From an uncultured Solirubrobacterales bacterium (GTDB taxonomy: Bacteria > Actinomycetota > Thermoleophilia > Solirubrobacterales > 70-9), in contig CAWERC010000001.1 in the NCBI GenBank assembly GCA_963811505.1, positions 62,016 through 126,015 on the forward strand: a stretch of DNA of 64,000 nt, in the 5' to 3' direction. Below are positions 1-8,606 of the stretch, piece by piece (the first letter of the stretch is position 1; the number at the start of each line of letters is the position of its first letter). Below the pieces are notes generated by a model that was not told where the DNA came from, made no database searches, and worked only from the letters and a program-made list of their open reading frames with translations. The position numbers and the translations under genes were made by a program.

Positions 1-612
1 CCGCCCGAGGTGTGCGGCGTCGAGACGGCGGTCCTCCTCGTCGACGACGGCTCGCGCGACGGCACCGAGGACGTCGCCCTGGCGCACGGCGCGGTCGTCG
101 CCCGCCACGTGATCAACCGCGGAGGCGGCGCCGCGCTGCGGACCGGCTACCGCCTGCTCTCCGACTCCGGGGCGCGGATCGTCGTCACCCTCGACGCCGA
201 CGGCCAGCACCTGCCCGAGGAGATGGAGCGGCTCGTCAAGCCGGTCATCGACGGCGAGGTCGCCGTCGCCCACGGCTCGCGGGTGCTCGGCGAGGCGGAG
301 GCCAACCACCCCGCGCGCGAGGCGGGGATCGTCTTCTTCAACAAGCTCGTCTCGTTCATCACCCGCACCCACGTCACCGACTGCTCGAACGGCTACCGAG
401 CGGTGCGCGCCGACGTGCTCCCCCAGCTCGTCCTGCGCCAGGAGCAGTTCCACACCTCCGAGTTCATGATCGAGGCGATCAAGCGCGGCATCCCGGCCAA
501 GGAGGTCCCGGTCACCGTGGTCAGCCGACTCTCCGGCCACTCGAAGAAGCCGGCCGTGGTCCGCTACGGGATGGGCTTCGCGAACGCGATCGTGCGGACC
601 TGGCTGCGCTGA
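1..612 (+). CDS. Family 2 glycosyltransferase (polyprenol-phosphate sugar transferase-like), 5' end outside window
   Basis: ORF 10..612 stays open to base 1. LLVDDGSRDGT and TLDADGQH motifs are typical of GT-A/GT2 enzymes. Confidence 0.8.
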   Translation, partial: PPEVCGVETAVLLVDDGSRDGTEDVALAHGAVVARHVINRGGGAALRTGYRLLSDSGARIVVTLDADGQHLPEEMERLVKPVIDGEVAVAHGSRVLGEAEANHPAREAGIVFFNKLVSFITRTHVTDCSNGYRAVRADVLPQLVLRQEQFHTSEFMIEAIKRGIPAKEVPVTVVSRLSGHSKKPAVVRYGMGFANAIVRTWLR

Positions 613-691
613 GCGCCCGAGGCATCGCGTTTGACATGCGGCTGCGCCCGGGGGAAGGTCGTGGTGCAGTCCACCAGCACGGAGGTCAACC

Positions 692-1819
692 ATGTCCGTC
701 AAGCGCAACCCGCGCCGTCCCTCGCATCGACCCCGGAGGCGCCTGATCGCGGCGCTCGCCGTCGCCGCGACGACGGCCTGGCTCGCGGTCGCCGCCTCGC
801 CAAGCGCCGCCGCTGTCGGTAGCGTCTATTTCGACATAAGCGGCAACGCCGCCGCAGGGCAAAGCCAGTTCAACGGGACGTTCACCGGTACCTCCAACGT
901 CGGTCTGGGTCGGGCGGTGATGCCCGCGCTCGGCGACGGCTACCACAACACGGGGCTCGGGGCCGAGGCGCTGTATGCCGTCACGCACGGCGCCGACAAC
1001 ACCGCGACGGGCTACTGGGCGCTTACCTACAACCAGACCGGGATTCAGAACACGGCCACGGGGTCGCGCGCGCTCGAGAACAACACCGCCAACTACAACG
1101 TCGCCGACGGGTTCGCGGCGCTGCGCACGAACACCTCCGGGCTCGCCAACACCGGGGTCGGAACCAACGCCCTCTACAGCAACACGACCGCCGATTCCAA
1201 CGTCGCGGTCGGGGTCAACGCGCTCTACTCGAACACCGACCAGGACTTCAACACCGCCCTGGGCACCGAGGCGCTCTACTCGAACACCGGCGGCACCGAG
1301 AACGTCGGCGTCGGCCGCAGCGCCCTGCGCGCCAACACCACGGGCGACGGCAACCTCGCCGAGGGCTATCAGGCGCTGCTCGCGAACACGACCGGGCGCC
1401 TGAACGTCGCCTCGGGCTACAGGGCGATGCTCGCGAACCTGGGCGGCAGCCACAACACCGCGGTCGGCCGCCAGGCGCTCGACTCCAACACCAGCGGCAC
1501 CGCCAACGTCGCGATCGGGTCGGGCGCCGGTTCAAACCTGACCACCGGCGACAACAACATCGACATCGCCCACACCGGCATCGCCGGCGAGTCCGGAACG
1601 ATCCGGATCGGCACCTCGGGAAAGCAGACCGCGACCTACGTCCAGGGAATCAGTGGCACGACGGTCCCGGGCGCCAGCCAGGTCGTCCGCGTGAACGCCG
1701 CTGGCCGGCTCGGGACGGTGACGGCCAGCGCCCCCGCCGGCGGGCTGCGAGCCGAACTGGAGCGCCAACAGCGCGAGATCGACCGGCTCAAGGCGCGGCT
1801 GAGGGAGCTGGCCGACTGA
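692..1819 (+). CDS. Secreted repeat protein (many ~14-aa NT-x-x-G-x-x-AL units, YadA-head/tail-fibre-like) with C-terminal coiled coil
   Basis: GGAGG lies 7 nt before ATG 692, and TTGACA at 632-637. There is an Arg-rich signal peptide ending AASPSAAA. Reiterated ALYSNT../NTAxG units are present. The C terminus carries IRIGTSGKQTATYVQGI followed by a heptad-like ELERQQREIDRLKARLRELAD. Confidence 0.7.
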   Translation: MSVKRNPRRPSHRPRRRLIAALAVAATTAWLAVAASPSAAAVGSVYFDISGNAAAGQSQFNGTFTGTSNVGLGRAVMPALGDGYHNTGLGAEALYAVTHGADNTATGYWALTYNQTGIQNTATGSRALENNTANYNVADGFAALRTNTSGLANTGVGTNALYSNTTADSNVAVGVNALYSNTDQDFNTALGTEALYSNTGGTENVGVGRSALRANTTGDGNLAEGYQALLANTTGRLNVASGYRAMLANLGGSHNTAVGRQALDSNTSGTANVAIGSGAGSNLTTGDNNIDIAHTGIAGESGTIRIGTSGKQTATYVQGISGTTVPGASQVVRVNAAGRLGTVTASAPAGGLRAELERQQREIDRLKARLRELAD

Positions 1820-1826
1820 GGTCGTG

Positions 1827-2117
1827 CTAACGGTAAGCCGGCCCGGGCCGGACGTCCTCGACGTCGGGCAGGTCCATGTCGAGGCCGCAGTGGGTGCAGA
1901 CCTGGACGTGGATCTTCTGCACCGTCCCGCACTGCGGGCAGCGCCGCTCGGGCTCGGTGTTCTCGTCGCGAAACAGGAGGGCGGCGATCAGGCCGAACAG
2001 CGGCAGGACGGCGCCAACCGCGAACCAGATCCAGAACGAGCTCCCCTTGCCGCGACCGACGAAGCCGGTCGCGAGGCCGAAGCAGACCGCGATCAGGACG
2101 TAGAAGCCACCGGCCAT
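1827..2117 (-). CDS. Small membrane protein with C-terminal zinc-ribbon (CPQC...CTHC)
   Basis: 96-aa ORF with two hydrophobic helices followed by RRCPQCGTVQKIHVQVCTHCG. Confidence 0.55.
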   Translation of the reverse strand: MAGGFYVLIAVCFGLATGFVGRGKGSSFWIWFAVGAVLPLFGLIAALLFRDENTEPERRCPQCGTVQKIHVQVCTHCGLDMDLPDVEDVRPGPAYR

Positions 2118-2245
2118 GCCGTCAAGTTAGAGCCCGGGCGTGCGCGACGGGCCCGGCCGTTCCGGGCTGGGCAGGGGGCGAGATGCGGGCCGTTGGCGAC
2201 TTTGGGTCGGTATGCGACCCAAACTCGACAATCCTGATGACTCAG

Positions 2246-3568
2246 CTAGTCGAGCGGGCGGTGGGTGCCTCCGCGGGCGTAGACCTCGGCCCGCAGCGGC
2301 CGCGGGTGGCCGATCGAGCCGACCTCCGCCGTGTCGCGGCGAAACGGCAGCCCGACCGTCCAGTCGACGACCGCGCGGATCTTGCGGACCAGGCCCGGGA
2401 TCTGGCTCATGTGGTAGGTCCGCGCCATCCACCAGGCGATGAAGCCGCGGAGCTTGAGGCTGCCGATCTTTCCCACCGCCTTGTAGCGGCCGAGGTTGAC
2501 GAACGCCTCGCGACCCATGTAGTCGAACCGCCCGGGCCGGGTCGCCACGCCGAGCTCGGCGGCGATGTTGTGGGCCACCACGGGTCCCTGGCGCACCGCC
2601 ATCGCCGCCGTCGGCGGGCAAGCGCGCCCGTCGCCGGCCGGGTGCGGGACGGCGGCGCAGTCGCCGATCGCCCAGACGCCGTGCATTCCCTCGACCCGCA
2701 TCTGCTCGTCCACGCGCACCCGCCCACCCTCGTCGAGCGGCAGCGCGAGCGAGGCGAGGCTGGGATGGGGCTTGACGCCCGCCGTCCAGACGAGCGTCCG
2801 GGTCGGGACCCGCTCGCCGGTCGAGAGCAACGTCGAGTCGGCGGTCGCCTCCTCGATGCGTGTCCCGAGCCGGACGTCGATCCCGCGCCCCCGCAGCTCC
2901 CGCACCGCGTAGGCGGCCAGGTCGGCAGGCACCTCGGGCAGCACGTGGTCGGCGGCCTCGACCAGGATCCAGCGCATCCCGTGCAGCCGCGCGCGCGGAT
3001 AGCGATCCATCGCGTCAGCGGCGAAGTCCTGGAGCTCGGCGAGCGCCTCGAGCCCCGAGTAACCGCCCCCGACGAAGACGTAGGTGAGCAGCTCCTCGCG
3101 CCGCGCCGGGTCCTCGGTCGCGTTCGCGTCCTCGAGCGTCTCGATCAGGTGGTTACGCAGCCAGATGGCGTCGGCGAGGCTCTTGAAGCCGATCGCGTGC
3201 TCGTCCAGCCCGGGGATCGGAAGTGAGCGCGAGACCGACCCGACCGCGACCAGGAACTGGTCGTAGCGGAGCGTCTCGGCCTCGCCGGAGTGCGTGCGGA
3301 GCTCGACCGTTCGGGATGCGGGATCGTGATCGCAGATCGCGCCGAGCTTCAGGTTGGTGCGCCGCAGGATGTCGCGCAGCGGCGTGACAACGTGACGCGG
3401 CTCCAGCGTCCCGGCCGCCGCCTCCGGCAGGAACGGCGTGTACAGCAGGAAGTTGACGTCGTTGACGAGGATCAGCCGCGCCGACTGCTTCGGCAGGATC
3501 CGCTCCAGCTCGCGGGCCGCCGACGATCCGGCGAACCCACCTCCGGCGATCACGACGTTCCATGCCAT
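2246..3568 (-). CDS. ndh: Type II NADH:quinone oxidoreductase (NDH-2)
   Basis: N-terminal VVIAGGGFAG dinucleotide fold, a second GGGYSGLE fold and AIGDCA motif. Length is 440 aa. Confidence 0.85.
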   Translation of the reverse strand: MAWNVVIAGGGFAGSSAARELERILPKQSARLILVNDVNFLLYTPFLPEAAAGTLEPRHVVTPLRDILRRTNLKLGAICDHDPASRTVELRTHSGEAETLRYDQFLVAVGSVSRSLPIPGLDEHAIGFKSLADAIWLRNHLIETLEDANATEDPARREELLTYVFVGGGYSGLEALAELQDFAADAMDRYPRARLHGMRWILVEAADHVLPEVPADLAAYAVRELRGRGIDVRLGTRIEEATADSTLLSTGERVPTRTLVWTAGVKPHPSLASLALPLDEGGRVRVDEQMRVEGMHGVWAIGDCAAVPHPAGDGRACPPTAAMAVRQGPVVAHNIAAELGVATRPGRFDYMGREAFVNLGRYKAVGKIGSLKLRGFIAWWMARTYHMSQIPGLVRKIRAVVDWTVGLPFRRDTAEVGSIGHPRPLRAEVYARGGTHRPLD

Positions 3569-3587
3569 GCCCCTATTGTGGCAGGGC

Positions 3588-3606
3588 TTGTAACAGACTG
3601 TTACAA
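3588..3606. promoter_or_regulatory. Perfect 9+1+9 palindrome TTGTAACAG-A-CTGTTACAA, candidate operator (Rex-box-like) upstream of ndh
   Basis: Read directly from the sequence. It lies 20 bp upstream of the ndh start codon in the only spacer between ndh and gatB. A third half-site-like TTGTGGCAG is at 3576-3584. Confidence 0.5.
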
Positions 3607-3620
3607 AGTGGCGGAACGCA

Positions 3621-5066
3621 CTAGGCCCCGAGCTTCTCGTGGATGAGCCGGGTCACCTCGCCCCCGTCGGCGCGGCCCTGAGTCTCGCGCATCACGAACC
3701 CGACCAGCGGTCCGATCGCCTTCGCATTGCCCTGCCGCACTCGGTCGGCGGCCGCGGGGTCGGCCTCGATCGCGCGCTCGACGATGGCCTCGAGCTCGCC
3801 GGTGTCGGCGATCCCCCCCAGTCCCTCGCGCTCGGCGATCTCGGCCGGGTCGCCCCCCTCGGCGACCATCACGCCAAGCACCTGGCGCCCCGCACCGGTC
3901 GAGAGCTCCTTCGCCTCGACCATCCCGGCCAGCTTCGCGAGCTCCTCCGGGCGCACCTTCGAGCCGGCGAGGTCCGAGTCGTCGCCGCCCGCCTCGCGAA
4001 TCCGCGCCACCAGCTCGCCGGTCACCCAGTTGGCGATCGTCGCCGCGTCGATCCCGTCGGCGGCCGCGAGCGCCCGTTCGAAGTAGCCGCCGAGCTCGGC
4101 GTCGAAGGCGAGCTGGGTGGCGGGTTTCTCCCCCAGGCCGAGCTCGCTCGCGTAGCGCTCGCGCCGTTCCGCCGGCAGCTCGGGCAACGCGGCCCGCGCG
4201 GCCTCGATCATCTCGGCCGTCGGCGCCAGCGGGACCAGGTCCGGTTCCGGGAAGTAGCGGTAGTCGTGCGAGTACTCCTTCGAGCGCAGCGGCGTCAGGC
4301 TGCCGGTTCGCGGGTCGAAGTGCAGCGTCTCCTGCTCGACCTTGCCGCCGGCATCCAGGATCTCGGCCTGACGAGCGATCTCGGCCTCGATCCCGCGCTC
4401 GAGGAACCGGAAGCTGTTCATGTTCTTCAGCTCCGTCTTCGTCCCGAGCTCGTCGCTGCCGACCGGCCGCAGCGAGACGTTGGCGTCGGCGCGCAGGCTG
4501 CCCTCCTCCATGTTCACGTCCGAGACGCCGAGCTGGCGGATCGTCGTTCGCAGCAGCTGCAGCCACTCGCGCGCCGCCGCGGCGTCGTGCAGATCGGGCT
4601 CGGTGACGATCTCGACCAGCGGCGTGCCGCCGCGGTTGAAGTCGACCAGCGAGACACCGGACTCGTGGATCCGCCCGGTGGCGGACTCGTGGACGAGCTT
4701 GGCCGCGTCCTCCTCGAGGTGGACCCGGTGGATGCGGACGTCGCCCAGCTCGCCGCCGATGCAGAGGGGGAAGTCGAACTGGCTGATCTGGTACGCCTTC
4801 GGGTTGTCGGGATAGAAGTAGTTCTTGCGGTGGAAGATCGAGCGCGGGGCGATCTCGCAGCCGAGCGCCAGCCCGATCTGGATCGCGTAGCTGATCGCCG
4901 TCTCGTTCGGGACCGGCAGCGTCCCAGGATGGGCGAGGCAGATCGGGCAGGTGTGGACGTTCGGGTCGTCTCCGAACGAGAGCTCGCAGCCGCAGAACAT
5001 CTTCGTCCGCGTGCTCAGCTGCACGTGGATCTCGAGCCCGATCACCGGCTCCCAGCGGTCAGGCAT
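3621..5066 (-). CDS. gatB: Asp/Glu-tRNA amidotransferase subunit B
   Basis: Conserved GatB sequence (WEPVIGLEIHVQL, FDFPLCIGG, C-terminal YqeY-like tail). Start placed at the internal ATG 5066 (MPDRWEP) rather than the ORF start at 5144. Confidence 0.9.
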   Translation of the reverse strand: MPDRWEPVIGLEIHVQLSTRTKMFCGCELSFGDDPNVHTCPICLAHPGTLPVPNETAISYAIQIGLALGCEIAPRSIFHRKNYFYPDNPKAYQISQFDFPLCIGGELGDVRIHRVHLEEDAAKLVHESATGRIHESGVSLVDFNRGGTPLVEIVTEPDLHDAAAAREWLQLLRTTIRQLGVSDVNMEEGSLRADANVSLRPVGSDELGTKTELKNMNSFRFLERGIEAEIARQAEILDAGGKVEQETLHFDPRTGSLTPLRSKEYSHDYRYFPEPDLVPLAPTAEMIEAARAALPELPAERRERYASELGLGEKPATQLAFDAELGGYFERALAAADGIDAATIANWVTGELVARIREAGGDDSDLAGSKVRPEELAKLAGMVEAKELSTGAGRQVLGVMVAEGGDPAEIAEREGLGGIADTGELEAIVERAIEADPAAADRVRQGNAKAIGPLVGFVMRETQGRADGGEVTRLIHEKLGA

Positions 5067-5334
5067 AGCCAGCCTCGTCGAGCTGGTCCTCGTCCATGCC
5101 GAAGTGGTGGCCGATCTCGTGCCAGACGGTGCGCCTGACCTCATGGGCGTCCGGGTTCGCCTCGCGGAAGACGACGATCCGCGGCAGGCCGCCGACCGGG
5201 TCGTAGATCCCCATCAAGCCGTCGGGATGCGATTCCTCGACGATCACCGCGACCTCGCCGAGCTCCTCGCGCACCCAGTCGGGCAGCGCGTCCAGCGCCT
5301 CGACCGCGGCATCGTGAACCTCCGCCTCCGTCAC
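5059..5334 (-). CDS. Small zincin-like metallopeptidase family protein (Zincin_1/DUF1025-like)
   Basis: 91-aa ORF with HEIGHHFG (HExxH) near the C terminus. It overlaps the gatA stop by 4 nt and the gatB start by 8 nt. Confidence 0.7.
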   Translation of the reverse strand: MTEAEVHDAAVEALDALPDWVREELGEVAVIVEESHPDGLMGIYDPVGGLPRIVVFREANPDAHEVRRTVWHEIGHHFGMDEDQLDEAGYA

Positions 5335-6764
5335 GTCGGCCTCTCGTCGAAGCCGATCCCGGCTTCCAGGGCATGTGCCGCGTCGAGCAGCAGCTGCTCG
5401 CGGAACGCCGGGGCGGCGATCTGCAGGCCGACCGGCAGCTCGTTGCCTCCTCCGGGCGGCGCGGCGACCCCGGCGGGAATCGAGATCGCCGGGATGCCGG
5501 CGAGCGACATCGGCACCGTGAAGTAGTCGGACAGGTACATCGCAAGCGGGTCGGCGGTTCGCGCGCCGAGCTCGAACGCGACCGAGGGCGAGGTCGGGGT
5601 GACGACCAGGTCGACCGACTCGAACGCGGTCGCGAAGTCCTCAGCGATCCGCGTCCGCACCTTCTGGGCGCGGCCGTAGTAGGCCTCGTAGTAACCGGAC
5701 GACAGCGCGTACGTGCCGAGCATGATCCGCCGCTTCACCTCGGCGCCGAAGCCGCGGGCCCGGGTGCGCTCGTACATCCCGTCGAGCCCGCCGTCGGTCT
5801 CGCGGATCCCGTAGCGCACGCCGTCGTAGCGCTGCAGGTTCGATGAGGCCTCGGCGGGCGCGATCACGTAGTAGGCGGAGATCCCGTGCTCGGCGTTCGG
5901 AAGCGCGACCTCGTCGATCTCGCCGCCGAGGCTCTCGATCAGCGCCAGCGAGCGCTCGAACACCTCGGCGACCCCGGGCTCGACCCCCTCGGCGTGATGC
6001 GAGAAGTCGCGCGCGACCCCGAGCCGCAGGCCCTTCAGGTCGGTGCGGGAGGGCCGCTCGACGCCGCCCTCGATCCCGACCGAGGTCGAGTCGTGGCGGT
6101 CGCGCCCCTGCATCACCCCCAGCAGCAGCGCAGCGTCGGCGACCGTGCGGGCCAGCGGGCCGCACTGGTCGAGCGAGGACGCGAAGGCGATCATCCCGTA
6201 ACGGGAGATCGCGCCGTAGGTCGGTTTCAGGCCGACGATCCCGCAGAGGGCCGCCGGCTGGCGGATGGAGCCGCCGGTGTCAGTGCCGATCGCCCAGGGT
6301 GCCAGCCGGCCGGCCACGGCAGCGGCGGAGCCGCCGGAGGAGCCGCCCGGCACCCGCTCGCGATCCCACGGGTTGCGGACCGGGCCGTAGCCCGAGTTCT
6401 CGTTCGACGACCCCATCGCGAACTCGTCCATGTTCGTCTTGCCGAGCAGCCGCGCGCCGGCCTCGCCGAGCCTCTGCACCGCAGTCGCCGTGTACGGCGG
6501 CCGGTAGCCCTCGAGGATCCGCGACCCGGCGGTGGTCTCGATCCCCTCGGTGCAGAACAGGTCCTTGACGGCGATCGGGGCGCCGTGCAGCGGCTCGCCG
6601 CCGGCGCCCCCGCCGCCGGGGCCCGCTTGCCACAGGTACGCGTTCAGGTCGTCGCCGGCAGCGGCCTCGGCGTAGGCGTCGAAGTACTCGTCCGACGACA
6701 GCTCGCCCGCCTCGATCCGGCCGATCGCCTCGGCCGCGCTCAGCTCGAACAGCTCGCTACTCAC
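5331..6764 (-). CDS. gatA: Glu-tRNA(Gln) amidotransferase subunit A
   Basis: Amidase signature GGSSGGSAAAVA and KDLF...T motifs. It overlaps gatC by 4 nt. Confidence 0.92.
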   Translation of the reverse strand: MSSELFELSAAEAIGRIEAGELSSDEYFDAYAEAAAGDDLNAYLWQAGPGGGGAGGEPLHGAPIAVKDLFCTEGIETTAGSRILEGYRPPYTATAVQRLGEAGARLLGKTNMDEFAMGSSNENSGYGPVRNPWDRERVPGGSSGGSAAAVAGRLAPWAIGTDTGGSIRQPAALCGIVGLKPTYGAISRYGMIAFASSLDQCGPLARTVADAALLLGVMQGRDRHDSTSVGIEGGVERPSRTDLKGLRLGVARDFSHHAEGVEPGVAEVFERSLALIESLGGEIDEVALPNAEHGISAYYVIAPAEASSNLQRYDGVRYGIRETDGGLDGMYERTRARGFGAEVKRRIMLGTYALSSGYYEAYYGRAQKVRTRIAEDFATAFESVDLVVTPTSPSVAFELGARTADPLAMYLSDYFTVPMSLAGIPAISIPAGVAAPPGGGNELPVGLQIAAPAFREQLLLDAAHALEAGIGFDERPT

Positions 6765-7048
6765 TGCGCCTGCGGCGAGGGGACGCGGAAGAAGCCGTCG
6801 GCCGGATCGGGGGCGTTCTCGAGCGCCCGCTCGCGCGGCAGGCAGGACTCAGGCTCGTCCGAGCGGAGCACGTTCTGCAGCGCGACCACATGGGTGGTGG
6901 GCTCGACCTCGTCGAGATCGAGCGCCGCGATCCGGTCGACGTGCTCGAGGATGCCCGAGAGCTCGCCCGCCATCCGGTCGACCTCCTCGTCGGAGAGCTC
7001 GAGGCGCGCCAGCCTGGCGACGTGGAGTACCTGCTCGCGATCGATCAC
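6761..7048 (-). CDS. gatC: Glu-tRNA(Gln) amidotransferase subunit C
   Basis: 95-aa ORF (VLHVARLARLELSDEEV...) immediately upstream of gatA and overlapping it. Confidence 0.85.
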   Translation of the reverse strand: MIDREQVLHVARLARLELSDEEVDRMAGELSGILEHVDRIAALDLDEVEPTTHVVALQNVLRSDEPESCLPRERALENAPDPADGFFRVPSPQAQ

Positions 7049-7074
7049 GAGGCCATCTTAGGTCGCAGATAAGC

Positions 7075-7101
7075 CGGCGGCCGCCCGGAGGCGGCCGCCG
7101 T
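7075..7101 (-). terminator. GC-rich hairpin (CCGGCGGCCGCC-CGGA-GGCGGCCGCCG) downstream of the 7141..7701 gene
   Basis: Stem-loop read from the sequence. On the minus strand it is followed by TTATCT. There is no long U tract. Confidence 0.45.
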
Positions 7102-7140
7102 GTTCACCTCTCCTCCCGAGCCAAGCGCTCGGGGTACGTC

Positions 7141-7701
7141 TTACTGGGCCGGCGGCGCCCCACCCGAGGGCGGCGGCGCGGCGGGCGGCGGCGGAGGCGG
7201 AGCGTCTCCCCCACCCTGGACGCGGTCGACCTGGTCGCCGAATGAGGTTCCCTCCTCCTGCATCGACTGCCAGCCGCCCCACGCGATCCCGGCCGTCAGC
7301 AGGAGGCCGACGAACACGCCCCAGCTCCGATCGAGGTCGATCGGCCCCTCCGACGGCGTGTTGAGGACGCTGAAAGCGACGAACACGAAGCTCAGGAGGC
7401 CGAGCCCCGCCGTGATCGCGCTTGCGGCCACGGGAAGGGCGACGTCCCGCGCCATCAGCGTGGCAACGGCACCACCGGCGGCAACCACGATCGTCACCAG
7501 GAGGATCAGATCGGTGAAGTCGTACGCCTGCCAGGCGTTGATCGACGTATCGATCCCGGCCGCCTCGGCCAGGTCCACCCCGGTCGGGACACCGTTGACC
7601 TCGTCCGGCAACGAGAACCAGTTGAAGAACATGAAGATGAACAGGAGCACGGCGCAAATGCCGGCAATCTGCTCGCCTCGTCCAAGCCTGTCAGCGTCCA
7701 T
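7141..7701 (-). CDS. Integral membrane protein with Pro-rich C-terminal tail
   Basis: 186-aa ORF with four hydrophobic segments and a C-terminal GGGDAPPPPPPAAPPPSGGAPPAQ. Confidence 0.6.
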   Translation of the reverse strand: MDADRLGRGEQIAGICAVLLFIFMFFNWFSLPDEVNGVPTGVDLAEAAGIDTSINAWQAYDFTDLILLVTIVVAAGGAVATLMARDVALPVAASAITAGLGLLSFVFVAFSVLNTPSEGPIDLDRSWGVFVGLLLTAGIAWGGWQSMQEEGTSFGDQVDRVQGGGDAPPPPPPAAPPPSGGAPPAQ

Positions 7702-7751
7702 ATCTCTCCTCGGGGGAAATGGGGAGTGCTTGTCGGCGCCAGCCTACATCC

Positions 7752-8606
7752 CTAGCCCGGACGGTTAGAAGCCGCCTTCAACGTGTTGGCAAGCAACATT
7801 GCGATCGTCATCGGGCCGACCCCGCCCGGCACGGGCGTGATCGCGCCCGCGACCTCGCTCACGGGCTCGAAATCCACGTCGCCGACGAGGCCGTCGTCGG
7901 TGCGGTTGGTGCCGACGTCGATCACCGTCGCGCCGCGCTTGACCATCTCCGGGCCGACGAGGCGCGGCGAGCCGACCGCGGCGACGAGGATGTCGGCGCG
8001 CGAGCAGACCGCCGCGAGGTCGCGGGTGCGCGAGTGGCAGACGGTCACGGTCGCGTTCTCGCCCAGCAGCAGCGCGGCCAGCGGGCGGCCGACGAGGATC
8101 GAGCGGCCGAGGATGACCGCCTCGGCCCCCTCGATCTCCGTCCCGGCGTGGCGCAGGAGCTCGACCACCCCCTGGGGCGTGCAGGGAACGAGGTCCGGCC
8201 TGCCCTGGGCGAGGAGGCCGGCGTTGGTCGCCGAGAGCCCGTCGACGTCCTTGGCCGGGTCGATCGCGGCGATCACCGCGTCCTGGTCGATCTGCTCGGG
8301 GAGCGGCAGCTGGACGAGGATCCCGTCGACGGTCTCGTCGGCGTTCAGGGAGTCGATCAGCTCGAGGAGCTCGTCCTCCGGCGTGTCGCCGCCGAGCTGC
8401 TCGTGGATCGAGCGCATCCCGACCTCCTCGGTCTGCTTGCGCTTGCTGGAGACGTAGATCTCCGAGGCGGGGTCCTCGCCGACCAGGACCGTCGCCAGTC
8501 CGGGGATGTCGCCGTCGCGCTCGGCGACGAACTCCTTCACCCCGGCGGCCACCCGCTCCTTGACGGCCGCCGCGATCGCCTTGCCGTCGATGATGGTGGC
8601 CGTCAC
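7752..8606 (-). CDS. folD: Bifunctional methylene-THF dehydrogenase/methenyl-THF cyclohydrolase
   Basis: Full-length FolD-like sequence ([42 protein letters not shown]). Confidence 0.92.
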   Translation of the reverse strand: MTATIIDGKAIAAAVKERVAAGVKEFVAERDGDIPGLATVLVGEDPASEIYVSSKRKQTEEVGMRSIHEQLGGDTPEDELLELIDSLNADETVDGILVQLPLPEQIDQDAVIAAIDPAKDVDGLSATNAGLLAQGRPDLVPCTPQGVVELLRHAGTEIEGAEAVILGRSILVGRPLAALLLGENATVTVCHSRTRDLAAVCSRADILVAAVGSPRLVGPEMVKRGATVIDVGTNRTDDGLVGDVDFEPVSEVAGAITPVPGGVGPMTIAMLLANTLKAASNRPG

